From Hyaloraphidium curvatum SAG 235-1 (Eukaryota > Fungi > Monoblepharomycota): DNA of 64,000 nucleotides. Positions 24,410 to 36,186 of this stretch are shown here, piece after piece. The notes under the pieces were generated by a model. It did not search any database, was not told where the DNA came from, and saw nothing but the letters and a program-made list of their open reading frames with translations. Within the stretch, counting starts at the first letter, position 1. Each line of letters opens with the position of its first letter. The position numbers and the translations under genes were made by a program. The DNA lies in assembly GCA_025558095.1 (NCBI GenBank), contig JAIVFI010000025.1:1-64000 (forward strand), read 5' to 3'.

Positions 24410-25525
24410 CGCAGCGGACGGGGCAAGAGCGGGCGGTCGGGGCGGGCTGGAACGCGGGGCGGGATGACTGTCCCTGCGGTCCACGGCCGCCGACACCGCG
24501 CCAAAGTCGCCAGGGGGGATGAACGACGTTAGACCATGCTCCGGCGATTGATTGATGGGAGGGAGCGCGAAGCGAACGGCAGGCGAGGACACCGCCGAGA
24601 TTTCCAACCACCCCGCGCACCGAGTGAGGTACAAAGATATGCTCGCGCTGCTCGGTTTACCGGGTCCGGTTCGGTTTGCCCGGTCCGGAGGTGCCGCACG
24701 CCACGTTCGCCTGCGACTTTGTTGTGCGATCGGGGTGCTACGACAGTACCCGAGATCGCCTCCCCCGGCACCCACTGTGAACGGACCTGCGGCCCGTTCA
24801 GGGGAGACCGACGGACGTGGGTTTGGGACGGGCGTGGACTTTTTGTGTTGCCGCCGCCGGCGGACCCTGTACTATCTTCGCCACCGACATTAGACCGGCC
24901 TTCCCCCGTTCTCCTGTCGTCTCGCCCCGGTCCCTGACGTGGTGCTGCTCGACTAGCAGCCCCGTCCTCACCCACACGCGGCCGTGTCCAACGATCCGTC
25001 CGTGCAGGACGGCTTTGAGGCGGGATAGGGTTTTGCTGCATGATCGGCCGTCTTTCCATGCACGGTCCATCGTGGCCTGCGGCGCTGCAGGACGCAACGC
25101 CAGCGATCGACGCCGCCCCGGCTTCGCCTGGGCCCGGGCGGCCGGTTGCGACGCGCGCAGGAGCGCAGGGCGGCGGCGCGAAAACTTCCAACAGAGACCA
25201 GGATGCGCCGTGCCGCACGGGATCGCATTGATCCGCTTGGTTCGGGGTTCGGTGGATGCCGGGTCGGGCGGGGTCGTCACTGGCCGCCTCCGCTCCCGCC
25301 GAAACGAGGCCCCATCCGCCCCCGCATCGAGGCGGGAAACTTCCCGCAGCCTTCCCTTCGCTGCCTCCGCGGGTCCCCGGAGCCCCCGCGGCCCGCGGGG
25401 CAGGCACTTCCGGCCCTGCGGCGGCCTGCGGTCCGAGGCCTGGACCGCGCATCCTCCGCCTTCCGCCCCCCGTCTGCGCAACCCCTCCGCGACCGCCGGG
25501 CGGAATCCGCGCCGCGCCACGGGCA

Positions 25526-25927
25526 ATGGGCAGCGGCGGCCGCCCCGGCCCTGCCGCCGCCGCGCCGCCGCCGAACCCGGCACCGCCTGCCGCGTTCGCC
25601 GCGCCCGACTTTCCCGCCCTCGCGAACCGCAGCCTCCCCGCCGCCGTGCGGAACGGGGTCGATGTGCGGCGCACGCTGTTCGCCGCGGCCATCCCGCCCG
25701 CGATGCTCGCGTGGCTGGGGGAGCTGTCGCCGTGCGGGCACCGCCGTGCGAGGGCGGGGGACAATGCGCTGTGCGTCGAGTGCCACGTGGAGTACTGCAG
25801 GCCGCTTCCAGTGCCGGTTTTCGACGACGACGAGGATGCGGCGGAGGATTCGGAGGACGAGACGGAGGCGGGCCCGCCGTGCGGCCCGCCGTGCCCGCGC
25901 AGGGCGAGCTCCTCCGCCCGCCTGTGA
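25526..25927 (+). CDS. Small C-x-H..C-x-x-C-H protein with acidic tail
   Basis: ATG start; motif resembles those in 41135-41938 and 53048-53797. Confidence 0.5.
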   Translation: MGSGGRPGPAAAAPPPNPAPPAAFAAPDFPALANRSLPAAVRNGVDVRRTLFAAAIPPAMLAWLGELSPCGHRRARAGDNALCVECHVEYCRPLPVPVFDDDEDAAEDSEDETEAGPPCGPPCPRRASSSARL

Positions 25928-27381
25928 ACGCGGAACTGCGCGTTGGCGTTGCTGGCAGACCAACCCCGCAGGGCGTCGGAGGGGATGTTCGCCGGCCGGG
26001 GGATGCGGTGCGAGGGGTGCGGCAGGGATCGGGGGGGGAGGGACGGGGGATGCCTCGCGGGGAGGCTCTGATGGGCACGGTCGGGGGGGACTCGGACGGG
26101 GCCGTGCATCGGGAGGATTATGGATGATGCGTTGCAGAGAGCATTATGGACGATGCGCTGCGGCGGAGCGCTTTTCGGATTGGAGTCGGGGTTTGCGGTT
26201 GTGAAGGGTTCCCGGTCTCCTGCGGCAAGTGTCTTTCCTTCTCGGCCGACACGGTTTTAGACGTTGTAGGCGGCGCTCCGAAGAGCCGATGTACGTATCC
26301 CTTCGTTTGCGCGTGTTCCGAGGTGCCCGATCCAATGTCGCCGGCGATCCGTTCCGAGCAAGCAGGCGAACGGGACGGTGCCGCCGGCTCGGTCGCGTGG
26401 GACCGCCTCGACCCTCGGACCCGGGCGCGCGGCGTTGACTTGAAAGCCCGCGGTACCGGGGCCGCGAGAAATCGGATCGATCGACGGTTCCATGTGGCGA
26501 AGCGGTCCGGTCGTTGGCCGTCGGGCCTGGGCACGCCGTGGGGCGCCCGAACCACCCGCGCCGCGCATCCGCGGGCCGCGGCACCACGCGAAACCGGCCC
26601 AACGGAATCCGGGAACGCACCAGCCGTCCCCCTTGTCCGGCGCGGGACGGGACGCGAAGCGGATCGGGGTGGGATCGGACGCGTGCTGTGCCGAATCCGC
26701 GCGTCGGCCGTCGGGGAGGCGGGCAACTCTATCGGACCCGCGACCCGCAAGGCTGGCCGCCGGCGTTTCCGCCCCCGGACGCGGCCGCGGGGCGGCGGAG
26801 CGATGCGATGGGAGGTTTCCGTGCCTTCGCCGCTCCTCGGGGGCCCCGCGATGCGGATGCAGCTCTACCCGGTGGCGGGACCCGGGATGCGCGAAACCAC
26901 CGCAACCCCATCCTGCGATCCCGGCAAGTAGAATCGCGCACGGGCCACTGCAACCCCTGCCCGCGATCCGATTCCGCGACTGCCGGGGCGGCGGGACGCG
27001 GGCCTCGGCCCCCGGCGCCGCGGCGGAGACCGTCGGCGGGCGGTCCCTTCCTGGATGCCCAGGCCCGGCGCGCTTTAACCGCCCGCGGCCGGAGCGGCGA
27101 GCCGGTGCACCGGGCCGACGGTTCGTGCTGGGGCATAGAGGACCGAGGCGGGGTAGCGCCGGCGAGCAGGCCTCCGTGGGCCAGGGTTGCCTCGACATTT
27201 TGGATTGTTGGCGCAAAGGCCGAGTCCCGAGTCGCCGGGTGGCGGAAGCACCGCTCTTCTCTCACTTCGGTTGCCCGCCGGGCCGCCCCCGTCCGCCAGC
27301 CGGAGGCGACGCCGGGGAGAAGGGTGCCGGACGGAACGGGCCGAGGGCGGCGAGCGGGCGGCGGTTTAGGCTCGCCCGACC

Positions 27382-29960
27382 ATGGCGGCGCCCGAGGATC
27401 CGCGGCTGCCGAGCTGCTCGACCTGTTTCAGCCTGAAGGTGATTTTATCGGGTTGCGATGTCCTCGAGAAGCCTTGCTGACCGCGATTCCCCGCAGCGCC
27501 GGTGCGACTACCCCACGGGCGCGCCGCCGTGCTCGCGGTGTGCCCGGCTGGCCCGCACCGACTGCCGGCCGCCCGACCCGACCGTTTCGCGGCGGCGGCT
27601 GGAGCGGCTGAAGCGCGCGAGCAAGGGCCACGCGGTTTCGGGCGGCCACAGGAAGGCCGGCGGCGGGGGGGCGAGGCGGACCACGAACAACGGCACGGCA
27701 CACGCACCCGCCGGGGCCGGGAATAACGAGCGGACATCTTCACGGACCTCTGGAGGGACCGATTCCGCGGACGGCGGCGATGCGGCCCCCGCAGGCTCGT
27801 CCAGGGCGCTGTCAGGCCGCAGGGCAGCCGCCCTCGCCGCCGCCGGCAAGCTCGCGGAGCAGGACTCGCCTTCGTCGGGCTCCGACAGCAGGAGCTCGGG
27901 ACAGGACGAGGACGGCGAGTACGAGGAGGTTGGCATCGACGGCTCGGGCACCCTGGTCCCGGGATCGGTCGCGGCCTCGGGATCGGTGTTCGCCTCGGGA
28001 TCGGGCCTGGCCTCGGGCTCCGTGGCGGCATCGGTCGTGAGCTCGGGCTCGCTGCACAGCTACGGTGCGCCCGGCGGCGATTTCGGCCCCCTGTCCAGGG
28101 GGCAGCAGGCCGCCTTCTGCGGCCTCGCCTCGCCGACGGAACCGCTGTCGACCCTCCCGGCGCCGTGGCCGCGGCCCAGGCCGCCGCAGCTCCCCGCCGT
28201 GCCGCGGGCCCCGTCTTCCACCACGACGCTCCGCCCCGTGAGCTCGCTCTCCCTCGACCCGCAACCGCTCCCCGACGTCCTGCTGCCCTCCATCGCCGCC
28301 TACTGGGCGCACTCGCACCCGCTCTCGCCCGCCGTGCACCGCACCACCTTCGAGCGCGCATTCGCTCCTTCGACCCGCGGCTCCCCCCTCTTCGGGCCGC
28401 ACCAGCCCAACGCGCTGCTCTTCGCCATGGCGGCCCTGGGCACCCGCTTCGCCGACGTGCCCGGGCTCTCGGACGCCGACCGGATCCGCGCAGGGAGGGC
28501 CTACTGCGACGCCGCGCGGGACATGCTGCTCAACGGGTACTACGGCCGGCCCGAGGGCTCCCGCGCCATGACGGACATGGAGGCCGTGCTGGTGCTCCTG
28601 TTCCTGTACAACTTCTGGATCCCGTCGGGGCTCGTGGCGAGGATGTTCCCGCTGCTGGAGCGGACCGTGGACCTCGTCGTCGCGCTGTGCGCCGACCCGG
28701 CGCGGGGCAACCGCGACGCGCTGACGGCCGAGCCCCGCACGGCGGACGAGTGGGTCGTGCGCGAGACCAAGGCCCGCGCGTGGATCGGGTGCCTGTGCCT
28801 GGACATCCTCACGGGGTACACGAGCGGGCGGGAGCCCTACTTCCCCTACTTTTCGAGGCCGATGGTGCTCCCCGCGCACGACGGCTTCTTCGACATGGCG
28901 AGCCCGGAGGAGGCGTTCAACGTTCTGTACAGGACGCCGGGGACGGCGCCGCCGGCCGTCGCCGACTTTTCCCCGCTCTTCGCCTCGGACGTCGGCGACG
29001 CGGAGCGCGTGCGTGCCGTCCGCGAGGCCGTCGGCTCCTCCTTCTCGCATCGGGCCTACAGCGGCACGCTCCTCGTCTTCGGCACCTTCCTCCGCCACCT
29101 AAAGCACCGCCTCCGCGCGCACGCCCTCGCGCACCGCGTGTCGCCGCTCGCCCTGATGACCCAGGACCCCGCGCTCGACCGCCCCGCCGAGACGGCGTAC
29201 CGCCTCCTGAACGCGCACGTGGACGCCCTCGTCGCCGCCGTCCCGCTCGCCTTCCCCCCCGCCCTCCGCCCGCTCTTCGAATCCGGCGACGCGTCGGCCT
29301 TCTTCGCCTCCTGGCCCGCCTACTTTCCTTCCCGCGGCCACGCCCACTCCTTCTTCATGACCGCGACCATGCTCCACTCGCTCCGCATGGAATCCCTCTT
29401 CGAGGGCGACGCCTCGCGCGCCTCGCCCGACATGTTCTCCTCCCCCGCCTTCCTCTCGGTGCTCGAAGGCGCCGCCGTCGCCGTGCGCATGCTGCGCTCG
29501 CAGATGGCCGACGATCCCCGGCTGCGGTGGGGCCACCTCAGCCAGGTGGCCACGGCGCTGAGGGCGGGGAACATACTGCTGGCCGCGGTGAGGGTCGGGG
29601 CGGCGGGGATGGGGTACGAGGAGGAGGTGGGGGTCGTGGCGCGGTTCCTGGACGTGGTGGGGTGGACCTACCGGCCGCTCGGTACGTCCCGTGCGGCCCC
29701 ATGGGATCGGCCCGGGCTGACGCTCCCCTGCAGCATTGAAGGCAGCCAAGGACTTCCACGCCGCCGTCGCGGCCGCCGGCATCTCCGCCCCCCCGGCCCC
29801 GGCGGGCGACGAACCGCTGCCCGATCCCGAGCCGGTGCCCATGGCGGACGACCTGGTGCCCGCGGAGGCGCGCGAGCCGGGGCCGGGGGCGGAGATGCCG
29901 GTGGCGTTTGCGCGGGCGGCGATGGCGGGGGACAGGGCGTTCCAGGGGTACATTCGGTAG
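27382..29960 (+). CDS. Zn2Cys6 transcription factor with fungal-specific TF domain
   Basis: Exon 1 MAAPEDPRLPSCSTCFSLK, intron 27439-27496, then RRCDYPTGAPPCSRCARLARTDC; PAVHRTTF and RETKARAW..D MHR motifs; intron 29682-29733; stop at 29960. Confidence 0.9.
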
Positions 29961-30268
29961 TATGAGGGTGGGAAGGAAATAGTGGGCGTGGAGAGGAGCG
30001 GCGTGGTCGTGCGGTGCGGTGTGCTGCTGGCGCGTGGCGAGGCTGAAAAATATGCCGGGTCCGACAGTTGCTTGTAACGGGCTTTGTGCTTTGTGGATCG
30101 ATCAGTTTTGCGATGCGGTTTTGGGTCGTCCTCCCTTCCAGGGCCACGTCACCAAATCGGACTCCATTGCAGGGCCCCCGACTACGACTCGGACAAACCC
30201 CGTCCTCCTGCCCGTACCGCTCTGCCCCGGTTGCAGTTTCATCTGCAGCTGCAAGCCGGGACGATCCG

Positions 30269-30502
30269 ATGGACGACACTTCGGACCTGCGCCGGCGCGC
30301 CGTCTCCCTCTCTGCGCAACCCGCCCGAGGCACCACCACGTACCTCCTCCTGCTCTCGCTTGTCGGTCTCGTCCTCGCGCTCTTCCTCCCGTTCGACCCC
30401 GGCTTCCCGAAGCCGACGCGGACGACGGTGGTCGCGGTGGTTACCGTAACGGTGTCCGAACCGGACGCTGCGGGGGGCGGCGGGACATGCGGGAGGCGCT
30501 AG
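30269..30502 (+). CDS. Small single-TM protein or remnant of a type II membrane gene
   Basis: 77-aa ORF with one hydrophobic helix; no recognised family. Confidence 0.35.
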   Translation: MDDTSDLRRRAVSLSAQPARGTTTYLLLLSLVGLVLALFLPFDPGFPKPTRTTVVAVVTVTVSEPDAAGGGGTCGRR

Positions 30503-30630
30503 CGGGCCCTTTCCGGTGCAGACAATGATGTTAGGGCGCCCTCAATCCATGTCTCGTACCATGTTTCAGATGTGACTGCTGGGGTAGCGGGAGGGTCGGA
30601 GGGACGCGGGTCACTTTGCCAGCAACCCGA

Positions 30631-31917
30631 ATGCGGTGCCCCGCGCCCACGCGGCGCAACCTGCTGTTTGCGCTGCAGGTCGGCGGCGCGCTGGCGTTAT
30701 TCTGGCAGCTGTTTGCCGCGCCCGCCGCGTACCGCCCGCCGGCGCACCCGCGCGTGGCGGTGTGCGGCACCGACGGCTTCCGGCTCAACATCCTCGCGCA
30801 CGCCGACCTGCTCCACAAGCACCTGCTCGAGCCGCTCGACGCCGACGTGTACGCCGTCGTGACGCACCACCGGCTGTTCCCGCCGCCGGGCGACGCGCCC
30901 GGGCCGCTCAAGGGCGTGCTGGAGGCGCTGCTGGCGAGGGACGCGGACTTTTCGAGGCAGGAGCGCGCCTTCGACGTCGAGACGCGGCAGTGGATGGAGG
31001 CGTCGCCCATTTTCGGGCTGCCGTCGTCGGGGGAGCGCTGGGGCCGGCTCATGGCCGTCGAGGTGCCGCCCATGACCACCTCAAAGGGCTACACGGACCT
31101 CATCACGGCCGGCGCGTCCAAAACGACCCTGGACCTCCTCCGCCGCTTCGGCGAGGTCGAGAACGCCATCGGCCCCGCGTTCAACGCGACGGGCGCCAGC
31201 CTGCCCTCGGTGCTGGCCCGGCGGCGCTGCCTGGACGCCATCCGCGCGGGGGAGCAGCAGCGCTCCGCCGAGCTGGGCCGCGCCTTCCGCTACGACTTTG
31301 TCGTCTGGACACGGCTGCAGCTGGTCCACGTCGGGCCGTACCCGCCCCTGTCGCTGCTCGCCTCGCGGCCCGACACGCTGTGGACGACCACCAACGACGC
31401 CTACGGCGGCCTGAACGACCGGCACGCCTTCCTCCCGCGGCACATGGCCGACTGGTTCCTCTCGCAATGGGACCACATGCTCAACGGCTCCATGGACGCC
31501 GCCATCGCGGCCGTCGATCCCGGCCGGACGCTGCTCAACGGCGAGCGGATGCTGGAGCTGTTCGTAGACGCCACCAAGCCCCTCGGGGGATGGAAGCGCG
31601 CCGAGTTCGGGCCGAGCCCGTTCTTCCTGGACTGCTGCGCAAAGGGCGAGGCGTGCTTCTTCCGGGAACGCCACGCCACGAACGCCACCGTCCACTACGG
31701 CCGGCCACCCGCCCCCCGGCGGCGCGAGGTGTGCGCAAAGTACGTCACGGACACGGGGTACCTGAACGTGACCGAGAACGGGGCGCGGGAGGTCGGGTGG
31801 ACCGAACGGAGGGTCGCGGTGCCGAACTGGAACGCCATCGTGGAGGTGGGGCCCAACAAGTGGGTCAAGCGGAGGGAGGAGAAGCACTTCAACCTGAGGC
31901 GGCCGATGGTGGAGTGA
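30631..31917 (+). CDS. Type II membrane putative glycosyltransferase-like protein
   Basis: N-terminal signal anchor; YDFVVWTRLQL...GGLNDRHAF...ER motifs resembling uncharacterised GT-like proteins; strong GC3 codon bias. Confidence 0.7.
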   Translation: MRCPAPTRRNLLFALQVGGALALFWQLFAAPAAYRPPAHPRVAVCGTDGFRLNILAHADLLHKHLLEPLDADVYAVVTHHRLFPPPGDAPGPLKGVLEALLARDADFSRQERAFDVETRQWMEASPIFGLPSSGERWGRLMAVEVPPMTTSKGYTDLITAGASKTTLDLLRRFGEVENAIGPAFNATGASLPSVLARRRCLDAIRAGEQQRSAELGRAFRYDFVVWTRLQLVHVGPYPPLSLLASRPDTLWTTTNDAYGGLNDRHAFLPRHMADWFLSQWDHMLNGSMDAAIAAVDPGRTLLNGERMLELFVDATKPLGGWKRAEFGPSPFFLDCCAKGEACFFRERHATNATVHYGRPPAPRRREVCAKYVTDTGYLNVTENGAREVGWTERRVAVPNWNAIVEVGPNKWVKRREEKHFNLRRPMVE

Positions 31918-32289
31918 GCGCGGACGATGGCATCTGCCGCCGCTGTACGGGGGCGTTCGGGCCCGTCCGTCGCTTGTCTCGCTCCGGACCGCTTTCGACG
32001 GACCGGGCAGCGGGATGCCGATCCGGCGATCTAGCTAGCGCGTGGTGACCGGGATGCGCCTGGACGGCATGCCAAACCAGGACCCCGCCGCGCCGGGACA
32101 CCCGACTGGATTTGCAATGGCAATGCTCGCGTATGGCGTATGGGAAGGTTGACGGACGGAGGTTGCGCTCATGTAGCGGCGGACAACGTAGGATAGCCCC
32201 ACCACGGCGGCAAGCTTCCGTCCGCCCGACGCGAGCTCACCCACGTCCTGCGGCCCCTCCCGCCGTCCGGCCGCGCCACCCGCCCCGCG

Positions 32290-33867
32290 ATGCCGCTCTC
32301 CCCGAAGCCCTTCACCATCGCGGTGCCCGACGCCAAGCTCGACCGGCTGAAGCAGAAGCTCGAGCTGACCGACTGGCCCGACGCGTCGATCCCCGACGAG
32401 CTTGCCGGCTGGGAGTACGGCATCCCCACGAGCGTCGTGAAGAAGCTCGCCGAGGCGTGGAAGTCGTACGACTGGCGCAGGGCCGAGCGCGAGCTCAACG
32501 CGCACCCGCACTTCAAGGCCGAGGCCAACGGGATCGACGTGCACTTCATCCACAAGCCGTCGGCCAAGAAGGATGCCGTGCCGCTGCTGCTTATCCACGG
32601 CTGGCCGGTGGGGTCCCCTCCCGGCGCCCGCCGCGGCCCCCCGGCGCGCTTGGTTGACACCGACGCGTGTCTCCCATGCCCCCCACCTCATACAGGGCTC
32701 CTTCTACGAGTTCCACGAGCTGATTCCGAAGCTGGAGGACTACCACGTGGTGGTGCCGTCTCTCCCCGGGTACGGCTTCTCGAGGTGGGCCCCCCGCGCG
32801 AGGTCGGCCTTCCGGCACGATGCTAATCCCTCCCGGACGACGGGCAGCGCCCCCAAGGTCAAGGGGTTCGGGATCAGGCAGATGGCAAAGACTCTCAACG
32901 AGCTAATGGTCGGGCTGGGGTGGGTATCGGGCTCGTGCCTGGCCCGGTGAGAGCTACTGATCCCGGTCCCCGAAAGGTACACCAAGTACGTGTCCCAGGG
33001 CGGCGACTGGGGCGCCATCATCTCGCAGTGCCTCGGGGCGTTCCACCACGAGAACTGCCGCGCGATCCACGTGGGCGCCGCTCCCGTCCCACCCCGCCGC
33101 CGTCCCCTCACTCTTTCCCTCACCTTCACCCTCCCCTCTCCCATCGCCAACGCCAGCTGAATATGGTCATCGTGCCCCCTCCCTCCCCCGAGACCATCGC
33201 CGCCGACATGCCCGGCTTCACCGACGCGGAGAAGAAGATGCTCGGCGCCATGCAGCACTTTGCGGAGGAGGAGACGGGGTACCAGCGCATCCAGCAGACC
33301 AAGCCGCAGACGCTCGGCCACGGGCTCTCGGACTCGCCCGTGGGGGTTCTGGCCTGGATCGCGGAGAAGTTCCACGGGTGGACCGATCTGAGGGGGGAGA
33401 AGGACTTCCCGCCCACCATCTCGACCGACAGGCTCCTGACCAATGTCATGATCTACTACGTCAAGTGGGCCCCGCTGCCGCTCCCGTCGCCGGCCCGCAT
33501 CTCACCCCGCCGCGCGTCCGCAGCAACGCCATCACCTCGTCCACCCGCCTCTACTACGAGACCATGAAGCACGACTTCGGGACCTTCCTCGCGGCCGCGT
33601 ACGCCCCCACCCTGCCTGTGGGAATCGCCATGTTCCCCAAGGAAATCTACGGCGCCCCCAAGAAGTGGGCGGAAAGGACGTTCCCCGGCCTGGTCAGGTA
33701 CGAGCCGTTCGAGAACGGCGGGCATTTCGCGGCCATGGAGGAGCCCGAGGTGCTGCTGGGGGAAGTACTGGCGTTCCTGGGGACCGAGGTGGGTGCTGCA
33801 TTGCTGCCGGGGCGTTGGTGCGGGGCTGACGGCGGGGGGGCAGGAGGTCAAAAAGGCGCTGGCGTGA
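32290..33867 (+). CDS. Epoxide hydrolase (EHN plus alpha/beta hydrolase), six introns
   Basis: YDWRRAE, HGWP^GSFYEF, PSLPGYGFS, QGGDWG nucleophile, LSDSPVGVLAWIAEKF, GGHFAAMEEP; stop TGA at 33865-33867 after the last intron. Confidence 0.95.
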
Positions 33868-34122
33868 TGGATCGCGCCGAAGGGGGGTCGCGGCCGTCGG
33901 AACACGGGGATCATGAGGCGTCGGACGATCCTGAATACACTGGTCCTAATCCGACCAGCTTCGGTCTTTCTGCGTGGCAGATCGGGCCTGACTCGCGGTT
34001 CCCGACGCCAAGACCCCGCGCTTGCCCCGTGGCAAGTTTCCGCGTCTCCCAAACAACCGTGTCCTCTCCCCGTCCGGAACACAGAAACAGCCCTCCCGCG
34101 CCCGGTCTTTCCCGCCGCAGCC

Positions 34123-35375
34123 ATGGCCACGCGCGAGGACGGCCGCGCCATCAATTCGCTCATGGACGCGCAGCGCGACATCTCGTACCGCTTCGCGGGC
34201 GACGGCGTGGATTACAAGCTGCAGGGCACGGACAGGAGCCCCGAGACGCTGGAGAGGGTGGATAAGCTGCTGAAGGACGGGTGGGTCGGCCGCGGCGGGA
34301 CCGGGAAGCCGTGCTGACCCGCGGTTCGTGCCCTGGCCGGCGGTCGATCTCCAGCTATGTCATTATCGAGAAACTGGTGCCCGAGGAACTGTGCCGGAAG
34401 GTCAAGGATGCCGTGCACAGCATACCGGGCTACACCGGCAAGAACTACCTCGAGGCAGGTCTCCCTCTCGTGCTCCCGGCCGGTCCGGGCCGACCCTCGC
34501 CCCCGCGCAGGGCGAGACCACCCGCCGGGTCGACCACCTGGTCAACAAGCTCTCCGTCGTCGAGCCGCTGGTCATGCACCCCAAGGTCCTGGCCATCCTG
34601 GACCACGTGCTGAACCCCAACTACCTGCTCTCGGCGAGCCAGGCCATCGAGATCCTGCCTGGGGAGCACAAGCAGCCGTGGCACAACGTGGGCTTCCCGG
34701 CGTTCCGCGCAATGGGGCCGTGCGCTGACCCGATCCGTGGGCAGGACGACAACTACACCCGCGCGCCCCGGCCGCGCAAGTTCTTCTTCGTCAACTGCTT
34801 CTGGGCCATGGTGCGCCGCCTCCCCCGCTCCCCCTCGCCCATCCAATGATCCCCAACCTGCGCAGGACGACTTCACGAGGGAAAACGGAGGCACCCACAT
34901 CATCCCCGGCTCGCACCTCTGGGGCGAAGACCGCTACCCCGAGCCCAACGACCCCGAGCAGGGTATCCGGTTTGCGGCGCCGGCGGGCAGCGTGTGCCTG
35001 TTCGTGTCGACGGCGTGGCACGCCGGCGGCGCGAACACGACGACGAGGCCGAGGATGGCGGTCGCGTGCGTGTACGGGGAGCCGTGGGTTGTGGGTGTCC
35101 CTCGGCGTGCCGCAGCGATGGGACGGGTCTGACGCAGCCGCGTGGCACAGAGGCCGTACGAGAACCACTTCCTCGTCACGGATCCGGCGACGGTGCTCCG
35201 CATGCCGCAGCGGTTGCAGGCGCTGCTGGGGTACAGCGTGTGCACGCCGCTGGTGGGGAGGGTGGACGGGCGGCACCCGATCCGGGCGCTGGAGAGGGAG
35301 GAAGGGGGCAAGGCGAGGGTGCGGTACGCGGAGCGGATCGAGGACGCGGTGCAGGGAGGGGAGGCGAAGCTCTAG
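34123..35375 (+). CDS. Phytanoyl-CoA dioxygenase family (PhyH) Fe(II)/2-oxoglutarate dioxygenase, multi-exon
   Basis: DG^YVII, QPWHN^DD (HxD), DDFTRENGGTHIIPGSHLW, WHAGGANTTTRPR motifs. Confidence 0.92.
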
Positions 35376-35487
35376 GTGGAACCGGTCGCAGGGTGCTGGA
35401 TGGTCGTGTTTGCTCTTGCCGCGCTAAAAGAAGTGGGAGATGACATGCCTGCAGGGTCTTCGCTCCCATCCGGGTCAGGCTCCCCCC

Positions 35488-36186
35488 TCACTCCACCTTC
35501 TCGGCCCTTGCCGCCGCCTGCCCTTGGAGCCACCTCCTGTCCGCCTCCTCGAGGATCCACCCCAGCTCCTCCGACGACCTCCGCTTGTCGGCGAACCCCA
35601 TCTCCTCCAGGATCTCTGCCTGCCCCATGAGGCACCCCTGCCACGCGGCGTCGAGCGCGGCGCACCCCTTCCACCGCTCCCTCCACGGCCCGCGCCACAG
35701 GCACTTGCGGTACTCGAACTCGAGGTCCGCGCAGTTCTCTGCCGCCCCTGCCCGCGGGTCCATCCGCCGCAGCCTGTTGGCGGGGGACAGGAAGGCCTCC
35801 TGCTGGTCTGCGCGGTCCTTTGCCTGCGCGTCCGCGAGCAGCTTCCTCTCCTCGGCGGTGGCGGGCGCGCCGGCCAGCGGGAAGTACGGCCGGTCGTAGG
35901 CACGCGGGTCGACCTGCGACGCGGGCGGCGGGCGGTCGGCGGGCTGCGTGCGCCCGGGCCAGCCCGAGGGGGCGGGCGGCGGCTTCCTTCCGTCGGCGTC
36001 GGGCTCGGCGGCCGGGGACGTGCCGGGCAGCACGCCGAGGGAGCGCAGGCCGGAGAGGGCCGACGCGTGCGCGGCGCGGAAGAACGCGGCCGTGCGCCGG
36101 TCCAGCTCGTCCAAGACCGAGGAAGTGGGAGCGTCCGAGGAGGGCGGAGGCGTAGGAGTCGTGGGATCGCGGGAGGAGGACGACAT
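35488..36186 (-). CDS. Twin Cx9C protein, probable mitochondrial intermembrane-space protein
   Basis: C-ADLEFEYRK-C and C-AALDAAWQG-C in an ATG-started 232-aa ORF. Confidence 0.7.
   Translation of the reverse strand: MSSSSRDPTTPTPPPSSDAPTSSVLDELDRRTAAFFRAAHASALSGLRSLGVLPGTSPAAEPDADGRKPPPAPSGWPGRTQPADRPPPASQVDPRAYDRPYFPLAGAPATAEERKLLADAQAKDRADQQEAFLSPANRLRRMDPRAGAAENCADLEFEYRKCLWRGPWRERWKGCAALDAAWQGCLMGQAEILEEMGFADKRRSSEELGWILEEADRRWLQGQAAARAEKVE

Larger units (their letters stand above)
17063..33667. repeat. Right arm of the inverted duplication; continuous with unique sequence, so likely the true terminal segment
   Basis: Mirror of 1-16643; its epoxide hydrolase is intact and continues past 33667. 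Confidence 0.97.

Noticed and set aside
26146-26931. Cys-rich ATG ORF (mirror 6774-7559)
   Set aside because: No recognisable motif or clear codon bias; lies upstream of a TF gene.
1-33667. Giant transposon or linear plasmid terminal inverted repeats
   Set aside because: Arms hold ordinary cellular genes and abut a telomere; no transposase, recombinase or polymerase seen.
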